64,000 bases of DNA from Chamaesiphon sp. (GTDB lineage Bacteria; Cyanobacteriota; Cyanobacteriia; Cyanobacteriales; Chamaesiphonaceae), in NCBI GenBank assembly GCA_965246715.1, contig CBDFFH010000047.1, forward strand, positions 1 to 64,000, given 5' to 3'. A program made the translations under genes and the position numbers. This document shows, in pieces, positions 52,062-62,504 of this stretch. The notes below the pieces were generated by a model. It was given only the letters and a program-made list of their open reading frames with translations, did no database searches and was not told where the DNA came from. Each line of letters begins with the position of its first letter. Position 1 is the stretch's first letter.

Positions 52062-53015
52062 TCAAGCTGTCCTTGCTGTACCCATCATTCGGACAACATC
52101 CTTCATTTTATATTTAGCTTCCCACTTTAATTGTATCTTAGCCTTACTTGGGTTCCCTCTACCTACTGCAAAATCTGTAGGTCTTAGCAAACTATCATCG
52201 GTTTCTACATACTCGCGCCAGTCCAAATTTACTATGGAAAAGGCTGTTGCCACAAAATCTTCTAATGAAGAACTTTCCCCCGTAGCAATTACATAATCAC
52301 TAGCTTGTGACTGTTGCAACATTAAATGCATTGCCTCTACATACTCAGGTGCCCAGCCCCAGTCTCGTTGGATTTTCATGTTACCCAAACGCAATTTTTC
52401 ATCACTGCCTCTGGAAATTCGGCAAGCAGCTGCTACAATTTTCTGTGTCACAAATCGCTCTGGACGCAATGGTGACTCGTGATTGAACAAAATTCCCGAA
52501 CAGGCAAACAAACCATAGGCTTCCCGATAATTAGCTACTTCCCAAAAAGCTGCTGCCTTTGCGACAGCGTATGGACTTCTGGGTCGAAAAGGTGTCTCTT
52601 CTTCAGCCGCAGTTCCGCCAGTATCGCCAAAACATTCACTGGAGCCAGCATTGTAAAGCTTAATTCCCGCACCTAGAAAGCGAATTGCTTCTAGTAAATT
52701 GAGCGAACCAGTTGCAATACTTTCTAGCGTCTCTACTGGCTGGTTAAAAGATAGCCCCACTGAAGTTTGACCTGCTAGATTATAAACTTCGTCTGGTTGA
52801 AATTTTTTTAGGACTTGCAAGACACTGCGAAAATCTGTCAAAGCCATCGACTCTAATTGCACCCGTTCTGCGATCCCCAAATACCTGAGATTACTAAAAC
52901 TAGACATCTGAGCATCTCGAGAAGTACCGCAGACCACATAGCCTCGATCGAGTAATAATTGAGCTAGATATGCTCCATCTTGACCAGAAATACCACAAAT
53001 AATTGCTCTTTTCAT
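52062..53015 (-). CDS. gmd: GDP-mannose 4,6-dehydratase-like SDR
   Basis: GISGQDGAYL; SPYAVAK; LFNHESPLR; RDWGWA. Confidence 0.85.
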   Translation of the reverse strand: MKRAIICGISGQDGAYLAQLLLDRGYVVCGTSRDAQMSSFSNLRYLGIAERVQLESMALTDFRSVLQVLKKFQPDEVYNLAGQTSVGLSFNQPVETLESIATGSLNLLEAIRFLGAGIKLYNAGSSECFGDTGGTAAEEETPFRPRSPYAVAKAAAFWEVANYREAYGLFACSGILFNHESPLRPERFVTQKIVAAACRISRGSDEKLRLGNMKIQRDWGWAPEYVEAMHLMLQQSQASDYVIATGESSSLEDFVATAFSIVNLDWREYVETDDSLLRPTDFAVGRGNPSKAKIQLKWEAKYKMKDVVRMMGTARTA

Positions 53016-53051
53016 CACACTGATTATCGATACTTGAGTAAATCTAGACTA

Positions 53052-54050
53052 CTAGAAATGACGTTTCTGATGCCAGTTCCAAGCATGTTGGACGATCGTC
53101 TTCAAGTCTGCGTATTGTGGCTGCCAACCCAAGACTTGACGCGCTTTTGCACTACTCCCAATCAGCACGGCAGGATCGCCAATCCGACGCGGACATGCCT
53201 CAAATGGCACTGCTCTCCCCGTGACGGCTTTGGCGGTGTCGATGACTTGCTTGACCGAAAAGCCGCTACCATTACCTAGATTAAAAATTTGACTGACTCG
53301 ATTTTTCAACAGGTGCTGGAGTCCGAGGACGTGAGCCTGGGCTAAGTCTGTGACGTGAATATAGTCACGAATACAAGTTCCATCTGACGTGTCATAATCA
53401 GTGCCGAAGATCGAAACATGCGATCTCTTCCCCGCTGCCGCTTGGAGGACGAGGGGAATTAGGTGCGTTTCTGGTTGATGATCTTCACCGAGCGAGCCAT
53501 CAGGATCGGCACCTGCGGCATTAAAATAACGGAAGATTACCGATTTCATGCCATATGCCGCATCGTAGTCTCGCAAAATTCGCTCGACTGCTAATTTCCC
53601 CGCACCGTATGGGTTGATCGGATGTTGAGGATGCTCTTCTGAGATCGGGATGTTTTGTGGGACACCATATGTGGCACAAGTTGAGGAAAATACAAAATTC
53701 TCGATCCCATGAGCGCGCATCGCATCGAGCAAAGTTAGCGTCCCAACGACATTATTCCAATAATATTTGCCAGGATCGGTAACTGACTCACCAACATAGG
53801 CAAAGGCAGCAAAATGCATGACTGCATCAATTTTGGTAGTAGCGAAAAATCGATCGAGAAAAACAGCATCTCCGATATCACCAACGACTAGCTGAGCGGG
53901 TAAATTAGACTCAGCCAGATCTGCGTGCCCGTAAACCAAGTTATCTAAAATAATAACTTTAAAGCCCTGTTGCTGAAGCGACCTAACCGCATGAGATCCG
54001 ATATATCCCGCTCCACCTGTTACTAAAATAGTTTGATTAGATAAGTTCAT
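53052..54050 (-). CDS. galE: UDP-glucose 4-epimerase
   Basis: TGGAGYIGSH; FSSTCATYG; RYFNAAGA; RDYIHV. Confidence 0.95.
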   Translation of the reverse strand: MNLSNQTILVTGGAGYIGSHAVRSLQQQGFKVIILDNLVYGHADLAESNLPAQLVVGDIGDAVFLDRFFATTKIDAVMHFAAFAYVGESVTDPGKYYWNNVVGTLTLLDAMRAHGIENFVFSSTCATYGVPQNIPISEEHPQHPINPYGAGKLAVERILRDYDAAYGMKSVIFRYFNAAGADPDGSLGEDHQPETHLIPLVLQAAAGKRSHVSIFGTDYDTSDGTCIRDYIHVTDLAQAHVLGLQHLLKNRVSQIFNLGNGSGFSVKQVIDTAKAVTGRAVPFEACPRRIGDPAVLIGSSAKARQVLGWQPQYADLKTIVQHAWNWHQKRHF

Positions 54051-54063
54051 GAGCGCAAAACAA

Positions 54064-55800
54064 TTATGAATGAGTTAATTTGCTATGAATCGAAATTAGT
54101 TTTTCTAGATTCAGTACATAAATTTTGTCGGATTGGAAAACCACAGCCTCTTTTGTTGATAGCCGCGATATTAACGGCTCTTTAGCTCCCAAATTAGATT
54201 CAAACTGTGCTTGTAGTTTGGGAAATGGTTGATACGGGAAATAGTCATTCTGATAGAGATTTTTATTTAAAATAAAATAATTAACTTTATATTTCTGGTG
54301 TAGCTCTACGATCGGCTGAATATCCATAGCATACATTGCTGCCCAGATTGCCAGTAGTCTAGCCTTCATCTCCTCGTAAAATTTTACATTGTAGGGGTAC
54401 AATGCTGGGAACATCATCAAGACGCTACGCTGGCTCCGCATTGGGATATCACTTGCATCGCGTGGATGAGCGGCAATAATTGTATCTTTGGGCAGCGTCT
54501 TTAAAAATTCATATGTCTGTGCTGGCAGCGTACCCACGATCCCACCGCGATTCATCGTAAACCGCAGCGAAAAAGTTGTCAGTGCAAATATAGTTAATAC
54601 GATCGCAATCCAGCGCAGCTCTATTTTCCCAAATAAGTTGGGGTTATTAATTTTAGTTAGTCTGGCTTGAATAAATTTTAATACCAGCTCGCATGTAAAC
54701 GGAAATATACACAAAGAAAGGCATTGCCAAACGTAGGAAACATATCGACTTGGCTCATAAAGTCTGATAAATACAGCATAGGCTAAAGCATAATTTATTA
54801 GTGCCGACAAACATAGTATGCCTATTTCCGATCGAAATATTTTGTGATCGCTAGATTTGTTAGTTGCAATGGCAAAGACAGTTATTACAACGATCGCCAA
54901 CCACATAAATGACGACACATTACTTAACTGCAAGATGTCAAGCACATACATTTTCCAGTCTCCACCAAGTAGAGGTAACAATCCTCCACTATGAAATTCC
55001 GGCATTTGCAAGGCTTGTTGTCGCGAGTAGACTTCTCCAAATTCATCCTTCGCCGTAGTCTGCTTGATCCAGATGAGGATCGTAGCAGCGATCGCACCCC
55101 CACAAATAGTCTTCAGCCAATATCGATGGATTACTCGCTCGCGCAGTAATTGCACGGTAAAGGTTACGACACCATACATGATTAAGGTAATGCAAGTGGG
55201 TGGATAGAATAGAGCACCCAAAACAATCGCAATTCCTAGCAGCCCAAAGTCGCGCCTCAGTAGAGACAAAACACCCAGTAGGATAATCGGTAATGCAAAA
55301 TTTCTCGGCAGTCCACCAGCCATCGATCGCAGAAAGGATATTGCGAAGACATCATTGCAATAAATGCTAAACAGAAATAAGGCTAAACTCGCCAATCCCC
55401 CCCAGTGCTGCTCATCTGTTATCTTGCGACCGATGAGGTAGCTCAGAAAAGCACTGCATACTCCCACTCCAAAAGCGAGCAGCTCGGCTAAAATTTGAGG
55501 ATCGATTAATGTTGTAAAGACTCTAAAAAAAAATTTGTAGCCGATCGGTGAATTAGTTGTGAAATAATCTTTGATGAGATCGTGATTATTAAATAACTCC
55601 GAATCTTGATAACTATAACTCCACGATACAAACTGCTGCATGTCGTTGGAGTACAGATCCATCCTTAATAAGCTGGGTAGGAAATAAGCACCAAGAAAAA
55701 CAATAGTTATATATGTTACCGTAACAGTGAAGCGTTTGTAATTATCCCTAATCCAACTTTCTAGTTGCTCTGTGTAACTTATTTGTGAAATTTTATTCAT
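54064..55800 (-). CDS. Polytopic membrane protein, GT-C-like (paralogue A)
   Basis: TM1 then YSNDMQQF; multi-TM core; soluble C-terminal domain FLKTLPK..IAAHP.D..DIPMRSQRS. Confidence 0.6.
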   Translation of the reverse strand: MNKISQISYTEQLESWIRDNYKRFTVTVTYITIVFLGAYFLPSLLRMDLYSNDMQQFVSWSYSYQDSELFNNHDLIKDYFTTNSPIGYKFFFRVFTTLIDPQILAELLAFGVGVCSAFLSYLIGRKITDEQHWGGLASLALFLFSIYCNDVFAISFLRSMAGGLPRNFALPIILLGVLSLLRRDFGLLGIAIVLGALFYPPTCITLIMYGVVTFTVQLLRERVIHRYWLKTICGGAIAATILIWIKQTTAKDEFGEVYSRQQALQMPEFHSGGLLPLLGGDWKMYVLDILQLSNVSSFMWLAIVVITVFAIATNKSSDHKIFRSEIGILCLSALINYALAYAVFIRLYEPSRYVSYVWQCLSLCIFPFTCELVLKFIQARLTKINNPNLFGKIELRWIAIVLTIFALTTFSLRFTMNRGGIVGTLPAQTYEFLKTLPKDTIIAAHPRDASDIPMRSQRSVLMMFPALYPYNVKFYEEMKARLLAIWAAMYAMDIQPIVELHQKYKVNYFILNKNLYQNDYFPYQPFPKLQAQFESNLGAKEPLISRLSTKEAVVFQSDKIYVLNLEKLISIHSKLTHS

Positions 55801-55919
55801 ATTGATTGAATAATTAACAGCGAAATTTTGAAACGATCGACCTTAGTGATTGAATATACGTGCTAATAATAAATATTTATTCGTTCTGACATGCTAATTG
55901 TGTGATTAAATTCATGAAA

Positions 55920-57662
55920 TTATAATCTTGCTTTATTGTTTTGTAATGAATTATCGATGAGTTCTTCTAAATTAAGTACATAAAATTCATCTTTGTGGAA
56001 AGCTATAGCATCTTTCTTCGCAAGAATCGATATTAAAGGTTCTCTATCTCCTAACTCAGCTTCAAACAGCTTTAACTGCTTTAGATAAGGTTGATGGGGT
56101 AAAGGATCGTGCTTATAAAGATTTTTATTTAAAATGAAATAATCAACTTTGTATTTTTGCTTTAGCTCTAATATCGGCTGAATGTCAGTTGCATACATCG
56201 TTGCCCAGATTGCGGTTAGTCTATCTTTCATCTCCTCATAAAATTTTACGTTGTAGGGAAATAATGCTGTTTCCATTAGCAAAACGCTACGCTGGCTACG
56301 CATCGTAATGTCACTCGCATCACGAGGATGTGCAGCAATAAGGGCACCTTTGGGCAGAGTCTTCAAAAATTGATATGTTTCTGTTGGCAGCGCGTGAAGG
56401 TTACCACCTCGATTAAGTACAAAACGGAGCGAAGAGTATGTGAGCACAAATATCGTTAAGATGATGACGATCCAGTGCAACTTCACTTTACTAAATAAGC
56501 CTGGTTTACTAGCTTTAGCGAATCTAACCTGAACAAACTTTAATATTAGCTCGCATGTGAAAGGAAAGATGCATAAGGAAAGGCATTGCCATACAAAAAT
56601 AACATATCGATTTGGTTCGTAAAGCTTGATGAATAAGATATATGCTAAAGCATAATTAACAAGTGCCGATAAGCATAGCAAACCTATTTCTGAGCGGAAA
56701 AATTTAGGGGCACTATCTTTATTTTTTGCCGTGAGGATCGCAGTAATTACGACGATTGAGAACCAAACAAATGCAGGAATATTAAGTAATTGAAATGTCT
56801 CAAGAACATACATTTTCCAATCAAGCAGCGGTAAAATTCCGCCTTCATGAAACTCTGCCATCTGCTGAGCTTGATTAAGTGAGAAGGGTGCTCCAAAATC
56901 ATTACTACCAGATGTTTGTCGCCAAATCAGAATAATAGACGCAGCTAACGCACTAGCAAAAATTGTTTTTAGCCAATACTTATGAATGACTCTTTCTTTC
57001 AGAAAATGCCATCCAAAAGTAAGTACGCTGTACATTATTAATATAATAAAAGCAGGTGGATAGAATAAAGCAGCTAATAAGATCGCAATTCCTAGTAACC
57101 AAAAGTTGCGTCGCAGCAGAGACAGAATACTCAGTAGGATGAGCGGCAACGCAAAACTTCTCGGTAATCCGCCAGTCATAAAACTAATAAAATCTAGTGC
57201 TCTCACATGCACATTATTATGAAAGATACTAAATACAAATAATGCTAAACTCGCCAGTCCTCCCCAGTGTTTTTCATTTGTTATTTGTCGTCCAACAAGG
57301 TAACTAAGAAAAGCAGCGCAGCCTATCAATACTAAGGAAAGAAGTTCGCCTAAGACTTGGGGATCGATTAATGTTGCAAATGCTCTGTAAAAAAGCTTGT
57401 ACCCGATTGGCGAATTAGCTGAAAAATAATCTTTGATAAGATCCCGAGCGTTAAATAGTGCTGGATCTTGATAACTATAACTCCACGACACAAACTGCTG
57501 CATGTCATTGGGGAAGATATCCATTCTTAGCAAGCTAGGAAGGGCGTAAGCGAGTAAAAAAATAATAGTTATATATACTACCGATACAGTGAAGCGATTA
57601 TAATTCTCTCTAATCCAACTTTCCAAGTGTTCTGTATAGCTTATCTCTGAAAATTTCTTCAT
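55920..57662 (-). CDS. Polytopic membrane protein, GT-C-like (paralogue B)
   Basis: Colinear with paralogue A: NDMQQFVSWSYSYQD; GGLPRSFALP; AAHPRDASDI.MRSQRS. Confidence 0.6.
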   Translation of the reverse strand: MKKFSEISYTEHLESWIRENYNRFTVSVVYITIIFLLAYALPSLLRMDIFPNDMQQFVSWSYSYQDPALFNARDLIKDYFSANSPIGYKLFYRAFATLIDPQVLGELLSLVLIGCAAFLSYLVGRQITNEKHWGGLASLALFVFSIFHNNVHVRALDFISFMTGGLPRSFALPLILLSILSLLRRNFWLLGIAILLAALFYPPAFIILIMYSVLTFGWHFLKERVIHKYWLKTIFASALAASIILIWRQTSGSNDFGAPFSLNQAQQMAEFHEGGILPLLDWKMYVLETFQLLNIPAFVWFSIVVITAILTAKNKDSAPKFFRSEIGLLCLSALVNYALAYILFIKLYEPNRYVIFVWQCLSLCIFPFTCELILKFVQVRFAKASKPGLFSKVKLHWIVIILTIFVLTYSSLRFVLNRGGNLHALPTETYQFLKTLPKGALIAAHPRDASDITMRSQRSVLLMETALFPYNVKFYEEMKDRLTAIWATMYATDIQPILELKQKYKVDYFILNKNLYKHDPLPHQPYLKQLKLFEAELGDREPLISILAKKDAIAFHKDEFYVLNLEELIDNSLQNNKARL

Positions 57663-57669
57663 ACGATTA

Positions 57670-58632
57670 TCAATTAATATTTTTCGACAAAAATTTTCCT
57701 TTGATATTTAGATAAATATACAATCCAAAGCCAGTTAGTGTCACACTTCCCAATAAAACAACCTGAGCGATGGTTGCTGCAGCAACACCTCGTGCTGATT
57801 CATACCCAAATAAACTCACGGCAAAAGCATAAGCATACTGATAAGTGCCAATGAATCCAGGTGCAGAAGGGATGAGGGTACTCAAACTTACCACGCCTAA
57901 CAGCAATAACATTTGCTGCAAATTTAAAGCTATATCTACTGCCTGTAATAACGCCCATAGCACTGTATCTTCTAAGAGCCAGATAATTAGCGAAAGACCG
58001 ATAACTTTCCGCCAGTCAGAGCCACTCAACATGCTCGAACCTTGGCGAAAGCTCTGGATGCGGCTAGCGATCGCCGGAGGAAAACGCTCGATCCAATTGC
58101 GACCAGATTTTCGCCCTAGCAACCACAGCCCCAAAAAAATGCCAATGAATAGCAGACTACTCACGGCAGTCAAACTAGCGAGTACAGCATTTTGTTGCGA
58201 AATAAATAGTCGGCCGATCGCTAAGCACAATACTACGATCAGTCCATCTAAAACTCGCTCTAAAAAAATCGATCCAATGACAGCAGAACGTGACAGTCGA
58301 TAGCGTCGCCCGACAAAATCCGCCCGAAATAATTCACCCAAGCGAGCGGGGAGCAGGTTGTTTGCGCCATATCCGATTAATAGTGCTACCCCTACCGATT
58401 TGAAGGAGAGTATTTTTATATCCTTGAGCAAGATGCGCCAGCGCAATACCCTAACTGCTAGATCCGCAGCATAAACAGCAAGCGAAATAAACAGCCAACC
58501 TAAATTAGATTTTGTTAGGATCGTCCTTACTTGCTCTAGACTGGTTTGGCGCAGAGCTAGCCACAGAAAAAATGCGCCAATTACAATGCCGATTACTGCA
58601 CGGACAAAGTTACGCAAACTACCACTAGCCAT
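57670..58632 (-). CDS. UPF0104 / lysylphosphatidylglycerol-synthase-TM (flippase-like) protein
   Basis: RVLRW; NNLLPARLGELFR; ERVLD; IPSAPGFIG. Confidence 0.88.
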   Translation of the reverse strand: MASGSLRNFVRAVIGIVIGAFFLWLALRQTSLEQVRTILTKSNLGWLFISLAVYAADLAVRVLRWRILLKDIKILSFKSVGVALLIGYGANNLLPARLGELFRADFVGRRYRLSRSAVIGSIFLERVLDGLIVVLCLAIGRLFISQQNAVLASLTAVSSLLFIGIFLGLWLLGRKSGRNWIERFPPAIASRIQSFRQGSSMLSGSDWRKVIGLSLIIWLLEDTVLWALLQAVDIALNLQQMLLLLGVVSLSTLIPSAPGFIGTYQYAYAFAVSLFGYESARGVAAATIAQVVLLGSVTLTGFGLYIYLNIKGKFLSKNIN

Positions 58633-58671
58633 GAAATAAATCAGCCTTCTAAATAACTAGATTTGATAGCT

Positions 58672-59346
58672 TTAGTTTTCTACGTAGTAGACTAAGTTGG
58701 AGATAAAGCCAAACAGCCTAAAATATCTCCGGTGAACGATCGTAGTTGCTGGAAAAAAACTTAGCATTTCTTGCTCGGATAGCAGGTTTAAGTTTTCTTC
58801 TTGTGCCCAAAACCCTTTACCGATCGATTTGAGGAATTGACGAAACCATTTGGCTGGAAGCCAGTGAACGAAAGGCAATGCCGTATGGAACTCGATCGGA
58901 TACCAACGGTTGGGCGTAGTGATAAAACATGTGCGACCGACGCGGCATAGTTCGCGGACAAAAGCCCGCTGTTGCTCGTTACTACCAACATGTTCGACGA
59001 CAGCAAAACTCACCACTAAATCGAAGCTGCGATCGGGAAATGGTAGTTGCGAACCATCAGTTTTGACGAAAGTTAGTCCTGGATACTCTTGCTCTAAAAA
59101 AGCAGCATCTTCTGTGCCGACCGCAACGATTTTCTGAGGATATGGATATAGCTTTTCAAAAAAATTGCAATCCTCGCGGCGATCGGAAGTCACACCAATA
59201 TCTAACACTGTGGTTTCTGGTGTTGCACCCGTCACTAGCATCAGTGACTCAAACATTTTTTTACGAGCATACCAAGATAGTTTAACGGCAAAACCACCGA
59301 TCTTAGGTCCAATATAAGGACTATTTTGAGTTGTATTGGAAGTCAT
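58672..59346 (-). CDS. Class I SAM-dependent methyltransferase
   Basis: VLDIG; LPFPDRSFD; AVVEHV; TTPN. Confidence 0.88.
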   Translation of the reverse strand: MTSNTTQNSPYIGPKIGGFAVKLSWYARKKMFESLMLVTGATPETTVLDIGVTSDRREDCNFFEKLYPYPQKIVAVGTEDAAFLEQEYPGLTFVKTDGSQLPFPDRSFDLVVSFAVVEHVGSNEQQRAFVRELCRVGRTCFITTPNRWYPIEFHTALPFVHWLPAKWFRQFLKSIGKGFWAQEENLNLLSEQEMLSFFPATTIVHRRYFRLFGFISNLVYYVEN

Positions 59347-59422
59347 CAATAATTCTCCATGTATTTAGTCTGAGGCTTATGATTAAGGTAGTGAATGCAA
59401 AGTCTATTCAACTTTAAAATAT

Positions 59423-61147
59423 TTAGTATATAGTATCTAAAATCCTCAGATCGATCGCTGCAAAATCACCATATCTAAACAGAATAGATTTCTCAGGAAC
59501 TTTGAATAAGAATGGTTGTGAATTACCTAATTTGGAGCGAATCGTGTTAAAAATCTCAACATATGGTTTTTTGTCGATAGGCTCATGTGTGTACAGTTTA
59601 AAGTTAACTAAAAAGACATCAACATCATATTGTTTCTTCAATGCTAGAATGCCTTCTATGTTAGAGTCGTACATTGCCGTCCATATTGCCGAAGTACGTG
59701 TCTTAATTTGCTCGTAAAACTCCTTGTGATAACCGTCAAGTGACCTATGCATAACCAAAGTGCTTCGCTGAGTGCGCATAGGAATATGATCTGCATCTAT
59801 CGGGTGAGCAGCAATCATAGTGTTCTTTGGCAGCATTTTTAGAAAATCATAAACTTGCTCGGGAGCAGTTCCGCTACTTGGTAGCGATACGGTTTTTGAA
59901 CGAACTACAGAAACTGTAGATATGCAAATAATCAACACCAAAGTTGCAACCGCAAGGGGTTTAGTTATATATGTAATAGATGTTAACCTGTGGCTAATGA
60001 ATCTTATCACAACAAAGCCAAAACTTCTTCGCTCCAAAAAATGGACTAATTCTAAGATACAAAAAGGGAAGACAACAAACCAGAGCACAAGCATTGGGTA
60101 ATGGATATACCGAATTGGTTCGTAGATGTTAAATAAAAATATGTATGCGATTAGATAGACGATCGTACCAGAAACGACGAGGATGCTAGCTTCAACCCTA
60201 AATCGGGACGATCTCCAGACAAACACAACGACTGCTACACAAAGTAACGGATTCAAAGCAGAGGTAAATTGAGTCGTATAGTCTTGCCAATTATGAAATA
60301 AGAGTGTAGACGAAAACATTCCTTTAGGATAATACTCTTGCATTTGCATTGCTTCATTAAGCGAATAAAGCGTCCAGCTTCTCGATGCATTCAGCTTGCC
60401 ATATAGCAATATGACAAAACCGATAATTATTGCTGCTAAAAATAAAGTAAGCTTTTCAGAAGCTGCTTTAATAGTCACTCGCTGATAAATTATCTGATAT
60501 CCTATCAAAAGTCCTGCGTACATTACCAAACTAATGTAAGTAGGTGGATAAAATAACGCACCTAAAACAATAGCTATACTTAACAATCTATACTCATACA
60601 GTAAGATTCCTGAAATACCTAGTAGTAAAATTGGAACAGCAAAAGAACGTTGTAAACCTCCCCAAAATGGGGTGATAAAGTTTTCAATTTTCAGTGCTGT
60701 ACCAAATAAAAATAATAAGACTCCAGCAATTCCACCTATGTGAGTCCCATTTGTTGAAATTTTTCCAACTGCATAAATGAGCAAGATAGTTACACAAGTC
60801 AAGAAGAACGACAACGCCTCACAGAAAGTCTGACTATCGAACAACATTGATGCGCTGCCGACTAGTGCTTTGTAAGCCAAAGGGGCAAAATCAAGATAGT
60901 AGGTTTTTAGGAGATCGTTTTGAAATAGCTCTAAATCGTTAAAACTATAGTACCAAGCCATGTTTTGAAGCATGTCAAAGTGAGCATATACATCTTGCCT
61001 TAGCAGTGGCGGTAGAAAATACATCACAAGTGTTGGCAAAGAGACAAGCACCAGCAATATATATATGTAAGTTTTATGCTGTCTTATCCAATGCTCTAGA
61101 TACGGTATTCCAGAAGTATTGAGATTAGATAAATTTTTCATCATCAT
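59423..61147 (-). CDS. Polytopic membrane protein, GT-C-like (paralogue C, divergent)
   Basis: HFDMLQN; GGLQRSFA; ALFYPP; YEPIRY; IAAHPIDADHIPMRTQRS. Confidence 0.6.
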   Translation of the reverse strand: MMMKNLSNLNTSGIPYLEHWIRQHKTYIYILLVLVSLPTLVMYFLPPLLRQDVYAHFDMLQNMAWYYSFNDLELFQNDLLKTYYLDFAPLAYKALVGSASMLFDSQTFCEALSFFLTCVTILLIYAVGKISTNGTHIGGIAGVLLFLFGTALKIENFITPFWGGLQRSFAVPILLLGISGILLYEYRLLSIAIVLGALFYPPTYISLVMYAGLLIGYQIIYQRVTIKAASEKLTLFLAAIIIGFVILLYGKLNASRSWTLYSLNEAMQMQEYYPKGMFSSTLLFHNWQDYTTQFTSALNPLLCVAVVVFVWRSSRFRVEASILVVSGTIVYLIAYIFLFNIYEPIRYIHYPMLVLWFVVFPFCILELVHFLERRSFGFVVIRFISHRLTSITYITKPLAVATLVLIICISTVSVVRSKTVSLPSSGTAPEQVYDFLKMLPKNTMIAAHPIDADHIPMRTQRSTLVMHRSLDGYHKEFYEQIKTRTSAIWTAMYDSNIEGILALKKQYDVDVFLVNFKLYTHEPIDKKPYVEIFNTIRSKLGNSQPFLFKVPEKSILFRYGDFAAIDLRILDTIY

Positions 61148-61174
61148 TATTTATTGCATAAGTAATAATGCTCT

Positions 61175-62320
61175 TCACCGTTTTAAGCCTAGTACGCTCA
61201 AAAAGAAACTAGATAAAACACTTTGGAACCCCAGCGCAAGGCAGGTAACAGATGGGATAACTACTCGCATTGTCTGAGATGGGGTGAGCGAACCAAATGA
61301 ATGTGCTCCCCACGCACTAAAAGCATAGATAGAACCAACCGTTCCGACTAACAAAAGCGTAAATCCGACAATCAATCCTAACTCTAGGTTGATATAACGA
61401 AATACCCCATTAAATCGACGGTCTTGAGGCAGTAATCCCTCAGTGATGGCAAACATTTTGGTGAATACAGCAAAAGTGACTGATTGGAACCCAATTATCA
61501 TCGCCGTTGCCGCATAAAGTAGCGTGTGTATATCAAAAACGCCCCTCGGTCCAGGTAAAAGCCACAGAGTGGTTATCAGACCCAGAAGCATCAGCAATAC
61601 GCCAGGATATAAGAACAGCCAGCGAGGACTATAAAGAAGCAAAAATCGGAGGTGTCGCCAACCATCTCGCCAACTACGCAAGTGAGGTGGACGACTGCGT
61701 CCGTCTGGAGATAGAGTTGTCGGAACCTCCGTAATCCTCAGCTTGTAAAGTGTAGCTTTGACTACCATCTCACTGGCAAATTCCATTCCTGTTGTCCGCA
61801 GATCGAGTTGCTCGATTGCTACTTTACTGAAACCGCGCAACCCGCAGTGAAAATCAGTACAAGGGCTGCCAAAAAATAGCCGCCCGATCCAAGTTAGCAC
61901 TGGATTGCCAAGATATCGGTGCAGTGGCGGCATTGCGCCTGCAGCGATCCCACCTTTGAATCGATTGCCCATCACCAGTTCGTAACCTTCACGCAACCGT
62001 TCGATAAATGGCGTTAAGGCGGTGAAGTCATAACTATCGTCAGCATCGCCCATAATGATGTAACGTCCGCGCGCAGCCGCGATTCCGCCTTTAAGGGCGC
62101 TACCATACCCCCGGCTCTCTACGTTGACAACACGAGCGTTAAGTTGTTTGGCGATCGCTTGAGATCCATCGTTACTACCATTATCAGCAATAATCACTTC
62201 GCCAGCAATATCATGCTCATTGAAGTACAATTGGACTTTTTTGATACAAGTTGCTAGTGTTTCTGCTTCGTTAAGACAAGGCATGACAACTGAAAGTTCG
62301 AGCGCATTTGAGTTTGACAC
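61175..62320 (-). CDS. GT2 polyprenyl-phosphate glycosyltransferase (DPM1/GtrB-like) with C-terminal TMs
   Basis: VVMPCLNE; DNGS; RGYG; GDADDSY; DFHCGLR; WRDGWRHL. GTG start. Confidence 0.9.
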   Translation of the reverse strand: MSNSNALELSVVMPCLNEAETLATCIKKVQLYFNEHDIAGEVIIADNGSNDGSQAIAKQLNARVVNVESRGYGSALKGGIAAARGRYIIMGDADDSYDFTALTPFIERLREGYELVMGNRFKGGIAAGAMPPLHRYLGNPVLTWIGRLFFGSPCTDFHCGLRGFSKVAIEQLDLRTTGMEFASEMVVKATLYKLRITEVPTTLSPDGRSRPPHLRSWRDGWRHLRFLLLYSPRWLFLYPGVLLMLLGLITTLWLLPGPRGVFDIHTLLYAATAMIIGFQSVTFAVFTKMFAITEGLLPQDRRFNGVFRYINLELGLIVGFTLLLVGTVGSIYAFSAWGAHSFGSLTPSQTMRVVIPSVTCLALGFQSVLSSFFLSVLGLKR

Positions 62321-62504
62321 GATTCCCCCTAAAATAACTTCTCTGATGATGCTGATTGCGATGTCGATCCAGATCTGAATGAATAGAGCGCAGATCGGCT
62401 AAATGACTGTATCCAATTCCAGGAATATTTGCGTATAATTAATTACATGTTGCACCCGAATCGCAGTCACATATTTAATTGAAGTTACAGATAGCTTGGT
62501 TAAT

